The notes under the pieces are model-generated. The model ran no database searches, was not told the DNA's origin, and was given only the letters and a program-made list of their open reading frames with translations. A stretch of 64,000 nucleotides of DNA, taken from assembly GCA_047285305.1 (NCBI GenBank), contig JBJBDL010000003.1:160001-224000 (forward strand). Reading direction: 5' to 3'. The position numbers and the translations under genes were made by a program. The DNA comes from Synechococcus sp. Its GTDB lineage: Bacteria; Cyanobacteriota; Cyanobacteriia; PCC-6307; Cyanobiaceae. The stretch's first letter is position 1. The number at the start of each line of letters is the position of its first letter. This document shows positions 11,854 to 25,700 of this stretch, in pieces.

Positions 11854-11936
11854 ATAGAAAGACTTTCTTGAGGGGCAGCGTGGTCTAGTTCGCCTAGTTA
11901 CAACTGGGCGTGTCACGCAGCTCTGCACCCTCGTTC

Positions 11937-13400
<1,464 letters not shown>

Positions 13401-13427
13401 TTTCTCTTCGGATCAGTTGCTGATCTC

Positions 13428-13455
13428 AAGCCCGGCCAACTGGCCGGGCTTTTTT
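13428..13455 (+). terminator. intrinsic terminator after amt1
   Basis: AAGCCCGGCCA-AC-TGGCCGGGCTT followed by TTTT. Confidence 0.9.
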
Positions 13456-13510
13456 ACTGCCTAAAGCGCTGCTTCAGGCCACATAGAGTTGCCTCACTCC
13501 AGCGCCCTCC

Positions 13511-14710
13511 ATGGACACCCACGCCTTCAAGCGCTCCCTCCACCATTCAGAGCGTTACAACCGGCGAGGCTTCGGACGCGCCGAGGAAGTGGCGGAAAGC
13601 CTTGAGCAGGCCTACCAGAGCGGTTTGATCGGCACGATCCGGGACAACGGCTACCGACTGGAACACGGCCGGCTCAACGTCCGGTTGGCGGAAGCCTTCG
13701 GCTTTTGTTGGGGTGTTGAACGGGCGGTGGCGATGGCCTACGAGACACGCAAGCACTACCCCAAGGAGCGTCTCTGGATCACGAACGAGATCATCCACAA
13801 CCCTTCTGTGAATGATCACCTCAGGGAAATGGATGTGCAGTTCATCCCTGTTGAAAAGGGAGTGAAGGACTTCTCAGGTGTCACCTCAGGTGATGTGGTG
13901 ATCCTGCCGGCCTTTGGTGCCACCGTTCAGGAAATGCAGCTGTTGAATGAACGGGGCTGCCACATCGTTGACACGACCTGTCCCTGGGTCTCCAAGGTTT
14001 GGAACACCGTGGAGAAACACAAAAAGCACACCTTCACCTCGATCATTCACGGCAAGGTGAAGCACGAGGAAACACTGGCCACTAGCTCATTTGCCGGCAC
14101 CTATCTGGTGGTGCTCGATCTGGAGGAAGCCCAGTACGTCGCCGATTACATCCTCGGTAACGGGGACCGAGATGACTTCATTCAAAGGTTTGCCAAAGCC
14201 TGCTCTCCAGGGTTCGATCCCGATCGGGACCTCGAACGTCTGGGCGTGGCCAACCAGACCACGATGCTGAAGAGCGAAACCGAAGAGATCGGACGTTTGT
14301 TCGAACGCACAATGTTGAGCAAATACGGTCCAACCCAGCTCAACGACCACTTCCTGGCCTTCAACACCATCTGCGACGCCACCCAGGAGCGTCAGGACGC
14401 CATGTTCTCCCTGGTGGATGAACCCCTGGACCTGATGGTGGTGATCGGTGGTTTCAACTCCTCCAACACCACCCACCTGCAGGAGATTGCCGTCAGCCGT
14501 GGCATTCGCTCGTTCCACATCGACACGCCCGAGCGCATCGACATCGGCACCAATTCGATCGAGCACAAACCACTGGCAGCAGAACTCTGTCGTGAAGGCG
14601 ATTTCCTGCCTGAAGGCCCCGTACGGGTGGGAATCACCTCCGGTGCCTCAACCCCGGATCGGGCTGTGGAAGAGGTCATCGAAAAACTGATGCAATTGAG
14701 CGAAAACTGA
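13511..14710 (+). CDS. ispH: 4-hydroxy-3-methylbut-2-enyl diphosphate reductase
   Basis: [30 protein letters not shown]. Confidence 0.97.
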   Translation: MDTHAFKRSLHHSERYNRRGFGRAEEVAESLEQAYQSGLIGTIRDNGYRLEHGRLNVRLAEAFGFCWGVERAVAMAYETRKHYPKERLWITNEIIHNPSVNDHLREMDVQFIPVEKGVKDFSGVTSGDVVILPAFGATVQEMQLLNERGCHIVDTTCPWVSKVWNTVEKHKKHTFTSIIHGKVKHEETLATSSFAGTYLVVLDLEEAQYVADYILGNGDRDDFIQRFAKACSPGFDPDRDLERLGVANQTTMLKSETEEIGRLFERTMLSKYGPTQLNDHFLAFNTICDATQERQDAMFSLVDEPLDLMVVIGGFNSSNTTHLQEIAVSRGIRSFHIDTPERIDIGTNSIEHKPLAAELCREGDFLPEGPVRVGITSGASTPDRAVEEVIEKLMQLSEN

Positions 14711-14770
14711 AGCACAGAGAGCTTTACATTGGTTCATCTTTAATCGCCCTCCGCCGGCAGCTCCTCATCC

Positions 14771-15379
14771 TTGACGGTCTTGTCGCCCACTGAAACCGAC
14801 AATCAGCTGCACGGTGCCGACCCGCAGGTGCGCTGCTACAGAAGCCACTTCGAGGATTCGATGCAGATGCTGGCGCCCCAAGCAGTGGTGGCTCGCTACC
14901 TGGATGAGCATCAGAGCTGGTTTGAACGTTGCGCCAGCCCGATGCAGGTCGAGGCCATCGATCGGCAGTCCTACAGCCTGACCCTGGGCCGGTTCGGCAA
15001 CTTCGGCTTCGAGGTGGAGCCCACGATCGCTCTGCGACTACTGCCACAGCAGGAAGGGATCTACCGAATCGAAACCGTTCGAACCGTGCCGCAGTCGCTC
15101 GCCCTGCGCCATCACTATGACGTCGACTTCCGCGCGGGGATGCGCCTAATCCCCGAACAGGAGCACACCTCCGTCCAATGGGACTTGGATCTCAAGGTCT
15201 GGATCCGTCTGCCCAAGGTGATCACTATGCTCCCGGATCAGTTGGTCCAGAGCAGTGGTGATCATCTGCTCAAGCAGATTGTCCGTCAGATTTCACGACG
15301 GCTGACCTGGAAGGTCCAGGAAGATTTCCACGCCACCCATCGCCTGAGCTGCCCACCCCGCCAGCGGGCAGCCTTCTGA
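14771..15379 (+). CDS. DUF1997 family protein
   Basis: WFERCASPM and FGFEVEP motifs; start uncertain. Confidence 0.75.
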   Translation: MTVLSPTETDNQLHGADPQVRCYRSHFEDSMQMLAPQAVVARYLDEHQSWFERCASPMQVEAIDRQSYSLTLGRFGNFGFEVEPTIALRLLPQQEGIYRIETVRTVPQSLALRHHYDVDFRAGMRLIPEQEHTSVQWDLDLKVWIRLPKVITMLPDQLVQSSGDHLLKQIVRQISRRLTWKVQEDFHATHRLSCPPRQRAAF

Positions 15380-15386
15380 AGGATCT

Positions 15387-15845
15387 TCAGCGATTGGACC
15401 AGATCTTGTTGACGATCTCCATGCCGCTGACGGCCTGCCAGAGGAACAACGTGAGCATGCCCATGTTCAGGCCCACATGAGCCTTGCGCGCAATCACATT
15501 GCCCCGCTGCATCAGGGGTGAGAGCGAGGCGGCAACGGCGATCATCCCGGTCATGGTCAGACCTACCAGCAGGTGCGGGCCGACAAACAACTTGCCGTTG
15601 TTCAGATAGGTAACCGCCATGCCACCAAGTGTCCCAAGGGTCATCACGGCCAGCAGGATGCTGCCCCAGAGGTAATGGCGCTGGGCGAACTTTTTCGGCA
15701 CAAGTTCTTTGCGCTGTTCTGGGGTACCGGTGCGCGTTTTCTTGGCCTTAATCCCCAGGTAGAGAGCCCAACCACCAACGGCGAGCAGGCCCCACTCCGC
15801 TAGGGGGTGAGCGAAATTGAGGCTGAAGGGAAGGGTGGCGAGCAT
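15387..15845 (-). CDS. DUF4079 family membrane protein
   Basis: HP..., H-containing TM helices, GKLFVGPHL. Confidence 0.75.
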   Translation of the reverse strand: MLATLPFSLNFAHPLAEWGLLAVGGWALYLGIKAKKTRTGTPEQRKELVPKKFAQRHYLWGSILLAVMTLGTLGGMAVTYLNNGKLFVGPHLLVGLTMTGMIAVAASLSPLMQRGNVIARKAHVGLNMGMLTLFLWQAVSGMEIVNKIWSNR

Positions 15846-15899
15846 TGAAGGGGACTCTTCGGTGCCGCGAGGCTAGGGGGCCGGCGGCCCCCGCCAGCG

Positions 15900-17462
<1,563 letters not shown>

Positions 17463-17518
17463 CGAAGGGTCGTGACTGGGTCGTGAGCCAACCTACGCAG
17501 CAGTGATGTTCATGCCCC

Positions 17519-18091
17519 ATGGATGGCCGGCTGGTGCTGCTCCACGGCTGGGGAGCCAACGGAGAGGATCTCAAGCCCCTGGGCGATCGCCTGGCGCGAG
17601 AGTGCTCCAAGACTCTTGATGTGGTTTGCCTGGAGGCTCCTGAGCTCCATCCTGACCAACCGGGAGGGCGTCAGTGGTATGGCCTGTTCCCAGCCCAGTG
17701 GGATGCCGTGCCCGCAGCCGTTGTGCGCCTCAAGGCTCAACTTCAGAGCCTGAGCAGCTCAGGTCTTGGACTCGAACAAACGGTGGTGTTCGGCTTTTCC
17801 CAGGGGGGAGCCATGGCCCTGGAGGGCGGCTGCGCCCTGCCCATCGCAGGGCTGATCAGCTGCAGCGGCTATCCACACCCCAACTGGGCTCCGCCCCAGC
17901 AACACCCCCCTGTGTTGCTTATGCATGGTTCAGACGATCCCGTGGTGCCGTTCGAGGCCATGCAATCGATCGCTACGCAGTTGCAGCCCGATCGATGTCA
18001 GACACTTCCATTCAAAAACGGCCACACAATCCCTGATGAGACGGTGCAGCCGATCCTGATGTTTATCGAGCGTGTTCTGAAGAACGCCTGA
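17519..18091 (+). CDS. alpha/beta hydrolase (phospholipase/carboxylesterase)
   Basis: LHGWG, GFSQGG, HGSDD, GH triad motifs. Confidence 0.9.
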   Translation: MDGRLVLLHGWGANGEDLKPLGDRLARECSKTLDVVCLEAPELHPDQPGGRQWYGLFPAQWDAVPAAVVRLKAQLQSLSSSGLGLEQTVVFGFSQGGAMALEGGCALPIAGLISCSGYPHPNWAPPQQHPPVLLMHGSDDPVVPFEAMQSIATQLQPDRCQTLPFKNGHTIPDETVQPILMFIERVLKNA

Positions 18092-18460
18092 TCAAACGAA
18101 AGCGTATTCGTACTCCTCCATTTCCTCCCAATCATCAGCGCCAAGCTCGAGGCCTTCAAAGAGCTTGTCTTCACCGATGGAATCAACAATCGTACGCAAT
18201 GAGGGGAAGAGGAAATGGTTCTCTTCGGCGTATTGAGCGCTGAACAGACCTTTCTCTCCCCAGAAGAAGCGGTCGGTGGTGTGCTCATTCCGGCGAACAT
18301 TCAGCAACGCAGGAGGCACCAGTCCGCCCTCAGCGATGTAACGACGAGCGGCCGTCACCGGCTTGTACTCACCGGTTTCGAGGTGATGGGTTGGCACATG
18401 GGCCAGGACCCGCTGACCTGCCAGGCGACGACGGCTAATGCGCTTGCGCTTCTTAGACAT
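18092..18460 (-). CDS. DUF3155 family protein
   Basis: KPVTAARRYI, RRNEHTTDRFFWGEKGLFSAQYAEENHFLFPSL. Confidence 0.8.
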   Translation of the reverse strand: MSKKRKRISRRRLAGQRVLAHVPTHHLETGEYKPVTAARRYIAEGGLVPPALLNVRRNEHTTDRFFWGEKGLFSAQYAEENHFLFPSLRTIVDSIGEDKLFEGLELGADDWEEMEEYEYAFV

Positions 18461-18800
18461 GGAAGGGCTCCGGTACGAAAGGAAGAACGGGGTGGATCGT
18501 CAGAACAAACAGGTGCCGTCGGCGCGAAAACGCCAGACGCAAAGGAAGCGTCGAGGCAATTGCAGACACACCACAATCACCGGCAGGACACCAACACCCA
18601 AGCGGAAATCAGCGGAGGACACTGCAACCTCTGCTGTAGCTTTGGTTGCGAAGCAATTGCAACCGTTGTGAGAGCTGGCGGGCGTCTGTTCATGGTGAAC
18701 AGCGCCTCGGTCGATAAGAGGATCTTAAGACTTTTCCCAGATTTTTCAAGTCCCCTTGGCGCAGGCTTGCCAAAACACCTGAATTGATCGTCTGGAACTA

Positions 18801-19922
18801 ATGCAGCTCACCGATCGATTCTTCGATTTCACCGATCAACAGCTGGCTGATCTAACCGCCAAAGAAGGCATTCAGCATCTGGGGCTGTACGTCAGTGCGC
18901 CACCTAATCAGCAAGGCCCGCCCTTGCTGCTGATCCGGCAATGGTCGACCAATGAACGATCGCTTCCCCCTGCCGACGCAGACCCGAACCTGCGCCTGCC
19001 GCACGAGAGTCGGCGCTGGTACCCCCTCCAGGATGCCGGTCTGATCCTGGGAGCCCTGCGCGCGGACTTGGATCCGCAGCGGAGCTGGACGCTGACCCTG
19101 GACCAACGGATGCGGCGCAGTGCCGCCGCCATCAGCCACGCCCTGGGGCGTGACCTGGAATGCATGCAACTTCGTCAGGAGCTCAGCCAACAAAACGATC
19201 AGCTGCGCACCCTCGTGCATCAACTGCGCAATCCACTGGCTGCCCTGCGCACCTACGCCCAACTGTTGCTGCGGCGGCTCGAAGCAGACAGCTCCCACCG
19301 TCCACTCGTGGAGGGAATGCTCTCAGAGCAACGCCAACTCGGCCAGTACATCGACGTGCTCGATGGCCTCGGGCAGCAACGTCTACCCCAACAGGAACCC
19401 CTGGGGCCCACTCTATTGCCCCCCGGCCCTGCCGAAGGTGAGGCCACCATGCAAACCCTGCTGATGCCTCTGCTGGAGCGGGCGGAAGCGACGGCTAGCT
19501 TGCAGGGCCGCCCCTGGCGGGGTCCGGACCTGTGGCCCCAGTGGATTAATCAACCGTCCCAGGACGGAACGATTGCGGAGATCGTCGCCAACCTCCTTGA
19601 GAATGCCTTCCGTTACAGCCCAGCGGGCTGCATCGTGGGGCTGTGCCTGTTGCCCGACGGGCTCTGCGTCTGGGACAACGGGCCGCCGATTCCCCTGAAG
19701 GAGCGCGACCTGATTTTCGAGCGGGGAGCACGGGGGTCCACCGGACAGGACCGAGCGGGCACCGGTCTTGGGCTCGCCCTTGCACGCTCCCTGGCGGAGC
19801 AGCAGGGCCGCAAGCTCATGCTCTGCGTGAAACCTTCCACAATCGCTCCGGGTCTGCCCGCTGAGGGCAACGCGTTCGTCCTCAGCTGGCCGGCAGGAGC
19901 AAGGCCAGACCCAGCAACGTGA
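18801..19922 (+). CDS. orphan soluble sensor histidine kinase, Hik2/CSK-like
   Basis: H-box HQLRNPL, N-box NLLENAFRY, DNG, GTGLGL; no TM. Confidence 0.85.
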   Translation: MQLTDRFFDFTDQQLADLTAKEGIQHLGLYVSAPPNQQGPPLLLIRQWSTNERSLPPADADPNLRLPHESRRWYPLQDAGLILGALRADLDPQRSWTLTLDQRMRRSAAAISHALGRDLECMQLRQELSQQNDQLRTLVHQLRNPLAALRTYAQLLLRRLEADSSHRPLVEGMLSEQRQLGQYIDVLDGLGQQRLPQQEPLGPTLLPPGPAEGEATMQTLLMPLLERAEATASLQGRPWRGPDLWPQWINQPSQDGTIAEIVANLLENAFRYSPAGCIVGLCLLPDGLCVWDNGPPIPLKERDLIFERGARGSTGQDRAGTGLGLALARSLAEQQGRKLMLCVKPSTIAPGLPAEGNAFVLSWPAGARPDPAT

Positions 19923-20652
19923 TCATCTCGGTGAGCACAAGTACCGCTCCATAACTGTCACCGGTGTGCCCCCCCAGGCGTCGCCCAAGGCTCTGGGCGA
20001 CCAGGATCGCCACCACACCCCCCAGGAGAAGGGGCAAGGGCCCGACCCAACCAGCCAACACCACCACCACCAGAAGTGAGGGCAGGGCATCCCAGAGCGG
20101 CCTGCCGTGATCGCGATGAAAGGCAGCGGTTCCATCAGCGCGGAGGTAGTCAAAACGTGCCATGGCCCAGAGCGGTGCCACCCGGGCCCAGAACGCCGCA
20201 AGGTAGATCCCGAGCGGGGCCTGTCCCCCCAGCTGGATCAATGCAGCAACCTGCAGCAGCAGCACCATCACGAGAGCCAATACGCCACTGGCACCCACCC
20301 GGCTGTCCTCCATCGCCTCGAGCCGCCGCGCCACTGGCGCCCCGAGGCCATCAGCCGTGTCGATCAGGCCGTCGTGGTGCAAGCCACCACTGAGTTGGAT
20401 GCCGAGAGCCACTACGCAAAGGGCACAGGCCGCCGGAGGCCACGCGAGCCTGGATAGACCAATCCAGAGCAGCCCCTGCAGCGCACCGATCAGCAGCCCC
20501 ATCCATGGAGCGAAGCGGGCAATACGCTGAAACGTGGGCTGCGGCCAGGGCCATGCAGGCAGCACCGTGTAGAAGATCCAGGCTCCCGCCAGATCGGAAA
20601 GCCAGGGAGGAACGATCCTGGGAATGGCGCGATGGATGCAACCGGCCCTCAC
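19882..20652 (-). CDS. cobS: adenosylcobinamide-GDP ribazoletransferase
   Basis: GGLHHDGLIDTADG, MEDSRVG, GGHTGDSYGA; start uncertain. Confidence 0.92.
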   Translation of the reverse strand: MRAGCIHRAIPRIVPPWLSDLAGAWIFYTVLPAWPWPQPTFQRIARFAPWMGLLIGALQGLLWIGLSRLAWPPAACALCVVALGIQLSGGLHHDGLIDTADGLGAPVARRLEAMEDSRVGASGVLALVMVLLLQVAALIQLGGQAPLGIYLAAFWARVAPLWAMARFDYLRADGTAAFHRDHGRPLWDALPSLLVVVVLAGWVGPLPLLLGGVVAILVAQSLGRRLGGHTGDSYGAVLVLTEMITLLGLALLLPAS

Positions 20653-20681
20653 CGTAGGGTCATTGCAGGGGCGGATCAGTC

Positions 20682-21800
20682 ATGTTCGGCTTCGAGATCA
20701 ACGCGCAGTGCGCCAACACATCAGCACGGTGCGGCACCTTTGAGACCCCGCATGGACCGGTGCAGACACCACGCTTCATGCCGGTGGGAACCCTGGCCAC
20801 CGTCAAGGGCATCAGCACGGAGCAACTGAGGCGCACCGAGGCCCAGATGGTGCTCTCCAACACCTACCACCTGCACTTGCAACCGGGCGAGGAGATCGTG
20901 GCGGCGGCCGGTGGCCTGCACCGGTTCATGGGCTGGAACGGCCCGATGCTCACCGACTCCGGCGGCTTTCAGGTGTTCAGCCTGGGGGACCTGAACAAGA
21001 TCGATGACCGTGGGGTGGTGTTCCGAAACCCCCGCGATGGACGCACCATCGACATGACTCCGGAACATGCCACCCAGATCCAGATGGCCCTCGGGGCGGA
21101 TGTGGCCATGGCCTTCGACCAGTGCCCGCCCTATCCGGCGACGGAGAACGACGTCATCGATGCCTGTCGCCGCACCCATGCCTGGCTCGAGCGCTGCGTC
21201 ACAGCCCACACTCGCGAGGATCAGGCGCTGTTCGGCATCGTTCAGGGCGGCTGTTTCCCCCATCTGCGACGGGAGAGTGCCCTGGCGGTCGCCTCCTTTG
21301 ATCTGCCTGGCATTGCCGTCGGTGGCGTCAGCGTTGGTGAGCCCACTGAGGAGATGCATCGCATCGTGCGGGATATCGCGCCCCTGCTTCCTTCACATAA
21401 ACCGCGTTACCTGATGGGTATCGGCACCCTGCGCGAGATGGCTATTGCCGTGGCCAACGGGATCGATCTGTTCGACTGCGTCTTGCCCACCCGACTCGGC
21501 CGTCATGGCACCGCCCTGGTGGGCGGTGAACGTTGGAACCTGCGCAATGCACGCTTCCGCCACGACCACACTCCCCTAGATCCGAGCTGCTCCTGCGTGG
21601 CCTGCACCGGTCACACCCGGGCCTACCTGCATCACCTGATTCGCAGCGAGGAGCTTCTGGGCCTCACCTTGTTGAGCATTCACAACATCACCCATCTGGT
21701 GCGTTTCACCTCGGCCATGGCACAAGCGATTCGCGACGGCTGTTTTTCAGAGGATTTCGCTCCCTGGGAGCCAGACTCGCCAGCCCATCACACGTGGTAG
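20682..21800 (+). CDS. tgt: tRNA-guanine transglycosylase
   Basis: [33 protein letters not shown] Zn site. Confidence 0.97.
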   Translation: MFGFEINAQCANTSARCGTFETPHGPVQTPRFMPVGTLATVKGISTEQLRRTEAQMVLSNTYHLHLQPGEEIVAAAGGLHRFMGWNGPMLTDSGGFQVFSLGDLNKIDDRGVVFRNPRDGRTIDMTPEHATQIQMALGADVAMAFDQCPPYPATENDVIDACRRTHAWLERCVTAHTREDQALFGIVQGGCFPHLRRESALAVASFDLPGIAVGGVSVGEPTEEMHRIVRDIAPLLPSHKPRYLMGIGTLREMAIAVANGIDLFDCVLPTRLGRHGTALVGGERWNLRNARFRHDHTPLDPSCSCVACTGHTRAYLHHLIRSEELLGLTLLSIHNITHLVRFTSAMAQAIRDGCFSEDFAPWEPDSPAHHTW

Positions 21801-21831
21801 CGTCCAGCCCAACGCCTTTTTGATGCAAGGG

Positions 21832-21975
21832 ATGGCCGCCTTCACCCTCGACCTGCTGGCACAGCTGCCCGAGGCCTATCAGGCCTTCTCTCCTCTGATC
21901 GACATTCTCCCGTTGATCCCGGTCTTCTTCCTGCTGCTGGCCTTCGTTTGGCAGGCCTCTGTGGGCTTCCGCTGA
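21832..21975 (+). CDS. psbK: photosystem II reaction centre protein K
   Basis: Manually translated [47 protein letters not shown]; not in ORF track. Confidence 0.97.
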   Translation: MAAFTLDLLAQLPEAYQAFSPLIDILPLIPVFFLLLAFVWQASVGFR

Positions 21976-21979
21976 AGCC

Positions 21980-22720
21980 TCAGCCCAACCGGATCACCTT
22001 CAAAGCAAACGCTGGCAGCGACAACATTCGACGCCAGCGTGAAGGCTCCTGAATGAGCCGATATAGCCACTCAAGTTGCATCCGGCACATCCAACCGGGG
22101 GCACGTTTTTTTGTGCCAGCCCAGACGTCAAAACTGCCGCCGACACCCATCCACAGTCCAGGCTGCCCGGCCGCAACGCGTTGAGACCAGGTTTCCTGGC
22201 GCGGCACCCCTAGGGCCACCAGAACGAGATCAGGCTTCAACGCCTTGAGCTGAGCCTCAAGACCCGGCCAGGCTTCAAAGGATTGATAACCGTCCACCGC
22301 GAGAGCCAGGTTGAGCCCACGGATGCGCTGCGGCAAATCCGCACGCAGCGTTGCCATCACCTCAGGTGATGCGCCCACTAGCGCCACACGCCATTGATGG
22401 GCTGCGGCGTACTTCAGCAAGGTCCAGGCCAGTTCGATGCCCGCTGTTTTGACAACCCGGATCTGCTGACGGCCCAGGGCCCAGACCACTCCCGCACCAT
22501 CGGGGATCACCAGATCAGCCGTTCCGATCGCCTGCCCCAGAGCGGTATCGGCCCGGGCCGACATCGTCATCTCAGCGTTGAGTGTGACGATGCGTCCGCC
22601 GCCCCGGGCATGCAGATCGAGTGCGGCAGCACAGACATCACGGCAGGCATCCACTGGCACGCCGAGCACCTGGCAGCGGCGACGGTCATCGGGGGCGGTG
22701 CTGACAGAGTCCATAGCCAT
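21980..22720 (-). CDS. WecB/TagA/CpsF family glycosyltransferase
   Basis: IPDGAGV, LGVPRQE, GVGGSFD, RAP, EWLYRL. Confidence 0.92.
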   Translation of the reverse strand: MAMDSVSTAPDDRRRCQVLGVPVDACRDVCAAALDLHARGGGRIVTLNAEMTMSARADTALGQAIGTADLVIPDGAGVVWALGRQQIRVVKTAGIELAWTLLKYAAAHQWRVALVGASPEVMATLRADLPQRIRGLNLALAVDGYQSFEAWPGLEAQLKALKPDLVLVALGVPRQETWSQRVAAGQPGLWMGVGGSFDVWAGTKKRAPGWMCRMQLEWLYRLIQEPSRWRRMLSLPAFALKVIRLG

Positions 22721-22750
22721 GGGGCTGCGTTGGAGAATTTACGGGCGGCA

Positions 22751-25700
22751 ATGGATGAGGGCATGGTTGTGACGACGAGGGAAAGTCTTCCGCAGAACCA
22801 CGCCACGACCCTTCAGCGTCTGGATCAATCCATCCAACGGGTGGTTCTCGATCGGCAGGACCCGATCAGCGGCCTGCTCCCCGCCAGCACCGCTCACACC
22901 ATCCATGGCAACTACGGCGATGCCTGGGTGCGGGACTGCGTCTATTCGGTGCAGTGTGTTTGGGGACTAGCCCTGGCCCACCGCCGTCAGCAGGGGCACA
23001 ACAGCCTGCGCGCCTGGGAGCTGGAGCAGCGGGTGGTGGCCCTTATGCGCGGCCTGATGCGCTCGATGATGCGGCAGGCCGAGAAGGTGGAGCGCTTTAA
23101 GCAGAGCCTCAACCCCCTCGACTCTCTTCACGCCAAATACGACAGTTGCACCGGCGAACCGGTGGTGGCTGACGACGCCTGGGGGCATCTCCAACTCGAT
23201 GCCACCGCCCTGTTTCTGCTGCAGGTGGCGCAGTTGACCAAGGGCGACTGCGCGGTGGTGCAAAGCCGTGACGAAGTGGATTTTCTCCAAAACCTGGTGC
23301 ACTACATCGCCAGGGCCTACCGCACTCCCGACTACGGGATCTGGGAACGGGGCGACAAAGGCAACCATGGTTTACCGGAGCGCAATGCCAGCTCAATCGG
23401 CATGGCCAAAGCCGCCCTGGAAGCACTCGATGGGCTTGACCTCTACGGCCCCCATGGCGACGGCAGCTGCGTCCTGCTGATTCCCCAGGGGGCCATCGTG
23501 CGCCTCCGTCGCGCCTTGCAAGGGCTCCTGCCGCGGGAATCCGCCAGCAAGGAAGCCGACAGTGCCTGCCTCTCAGTAATTGGTTATCCCGCCTGGGCCG
23601 TAGAAGATGCCGCCCTGGTGGAGCGCACCGGCCGGCGGATTCGACGGGAACTCGGCGGAACTTATGGCTACAAACGCTTCCTCCGGGATGGTCACCAGAC
23701 GGCGGTGGAAGACGTCAACCGCCTGCACTACGAACCAGAGGAGCTCGCCGCCTTTGAAGGAATCGAATCGGAGTGGCCGTTATTTCTGGCCTTCGAACTG
23801 GTTACCGCATGCTGCGAAAGACGCTGGGAGGAGGCCCGGAGCCTGCACAGCCAGCTCAAGACCCTGGCCGTCGAACAGGACGGCGAACGTCTCTACCCCG
23901 AGCTCTATCAGGTCCCGGCCAGTGCCGTCGATCAGGAACGGCTCAATCCAGGCAGCCAAGAGCGAGTGGCCAACACAAACCTGCCGCTGATCTGGACCCA
24001 GAGCATGGTGTGGCTCGGGGAAATGCTGCTGGACGATCTGATCCGTCCCGAGGACATTGACCCCTGTGGACGCAGGGAGCCGCAATCGCTCGGTGCCGAC
24101 ACTGTTCTTGTGGCGATGGCTGCGGAGACAGACAACGTGCGCCAGGCGCTGCTGGCTGCAGAGGTGCCGATCGACCCAACCTCAGTGATTTCCGTGCAGT
24201 CGTCCGACGAGCTGAAGCAACGGTTGAAAGCCGCCGGCACCAATCCGCGGCTTGAGCTCACTGGGCGCCCCGGGCACCGGGTGGAAACCGAGGACACGGC
24301 TCGGGTCTACCGCCAAGACGGCGCCATCAGTGTGTTCACCCCGTCTGTGCTGGAAGACATCAGCAGCTATTTGGCCGATGACCCGGAGGAGCTAGTGGAG
24401 ACCGTTGTGGACGAGCTGCATCTGCTGCAACGGCACTGGCGCGGCATGGGACGTCCCCTTCTGGTGATCCCCATTCGCGACGCAGCCCTCCAGCAGCACC
24501 GCAACGTCATCCTCAAACTGGCCCAGCAACTCGGCAGCGGCGTCATTGAAAGCATCCCCGTCCGCTTGGGCTGCCTCAGTGAACTGGTGGATCAGGCGCA
24601 GGAGGTGCAGCTGCCGCCGCTCCAACAGAAACCGGTTCCATGCTCCGAGCCAGCCAAACCGCTTCTGCGCGACGCCACCGATCTTCGGGATCTGACCGCT
24701 GCAGAGGAGCAGGAGCTGGATGACACACCGATTGAACAATTGAGCCAGCGCCTCTGGAACAGTGCGCTGCTGCATGAACAGGCGGAAGTGCTCGAGTTGC
24801 TGCAACGGCGTCTTGGTCCCCAGGGGATTCAACGCTGCCCTGAGGGCCATCCAGTGGCCCTGCGCACCCTGCTTGAGGAGGTCTATCAACGGGGCTTGCG
24901 TTGTGAAGACTGGAATGTGGTGCGGCGCTGTGCTGGCGCCATGGGGATGGTGCATCCCCAACTCGAAGATGCCCTCACCGATCTTCTCGTGCGCCAGAAA
25001 CAGGTGGTGGTGGGGCGCAACTACACCGGCGACTCCCGGCTGCGTCAGCCGATGGACAGTGCCGCCATCGCCGAGCGGATTGAAACCACCAGCGGAATCG
25101 ACGGCCGTGAACGGATGCTCGAACAGGAACTCCTGCTCGCCCTCGACAGCGTGGCGCGGCGGGAGCCAGCGCTGCTGAAGGGGAGCCTCACCCTGCAGCT
25201 GGGGCAGCTGATGCTGCTGCTGACATCAGAGCTGGCCGTGGAGAAAACACTCAGTCAGGACGAAGCCTTTGAAGCCCTCTGCAGCGAAGCACCCCACGCG
25301 ATTCGCAAGCGCTTGCGCGCCGTGCTCGCCGATGTGGACCATGCCAGAGCAGCCCTGCAACGCGGCGAACAGCTGCACGTGAGCGGCCGGGTGCAGTGGT
25401 CAGTGCCTGACCCGTTGGAGGAAACACCGGGGGGTGGGGGCTGGCTTCAACACCGCATCAGACTGGGATCCTTCCAGAAAGTTCCCCGCGATTTCTATGC
25501 CGGGATCTGGTCGCTGCTGCAGCACTGCCGCGGCCTGGTGATTGGCGACAAGCTGGAACGACGCAATCGCCTCCAAAGCAGTCTCATTCTCGAGAAAACA
25601 CCGGGGGAGCGCAATTTCGCCGCCCAGGTCGACCATTTGCTCAGTCGGATCAAGGCACCTGAATACCGACAACTCTGCAGCGAATGCCTGCTTTCGCTGA

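Noticed and set aside
22394..22750. N-terminal extension of the 1181-aa ORF
   Set aside because: It overlaps the opposite-strand WecB/TagA gene; family motifs begin after ATG 22751.
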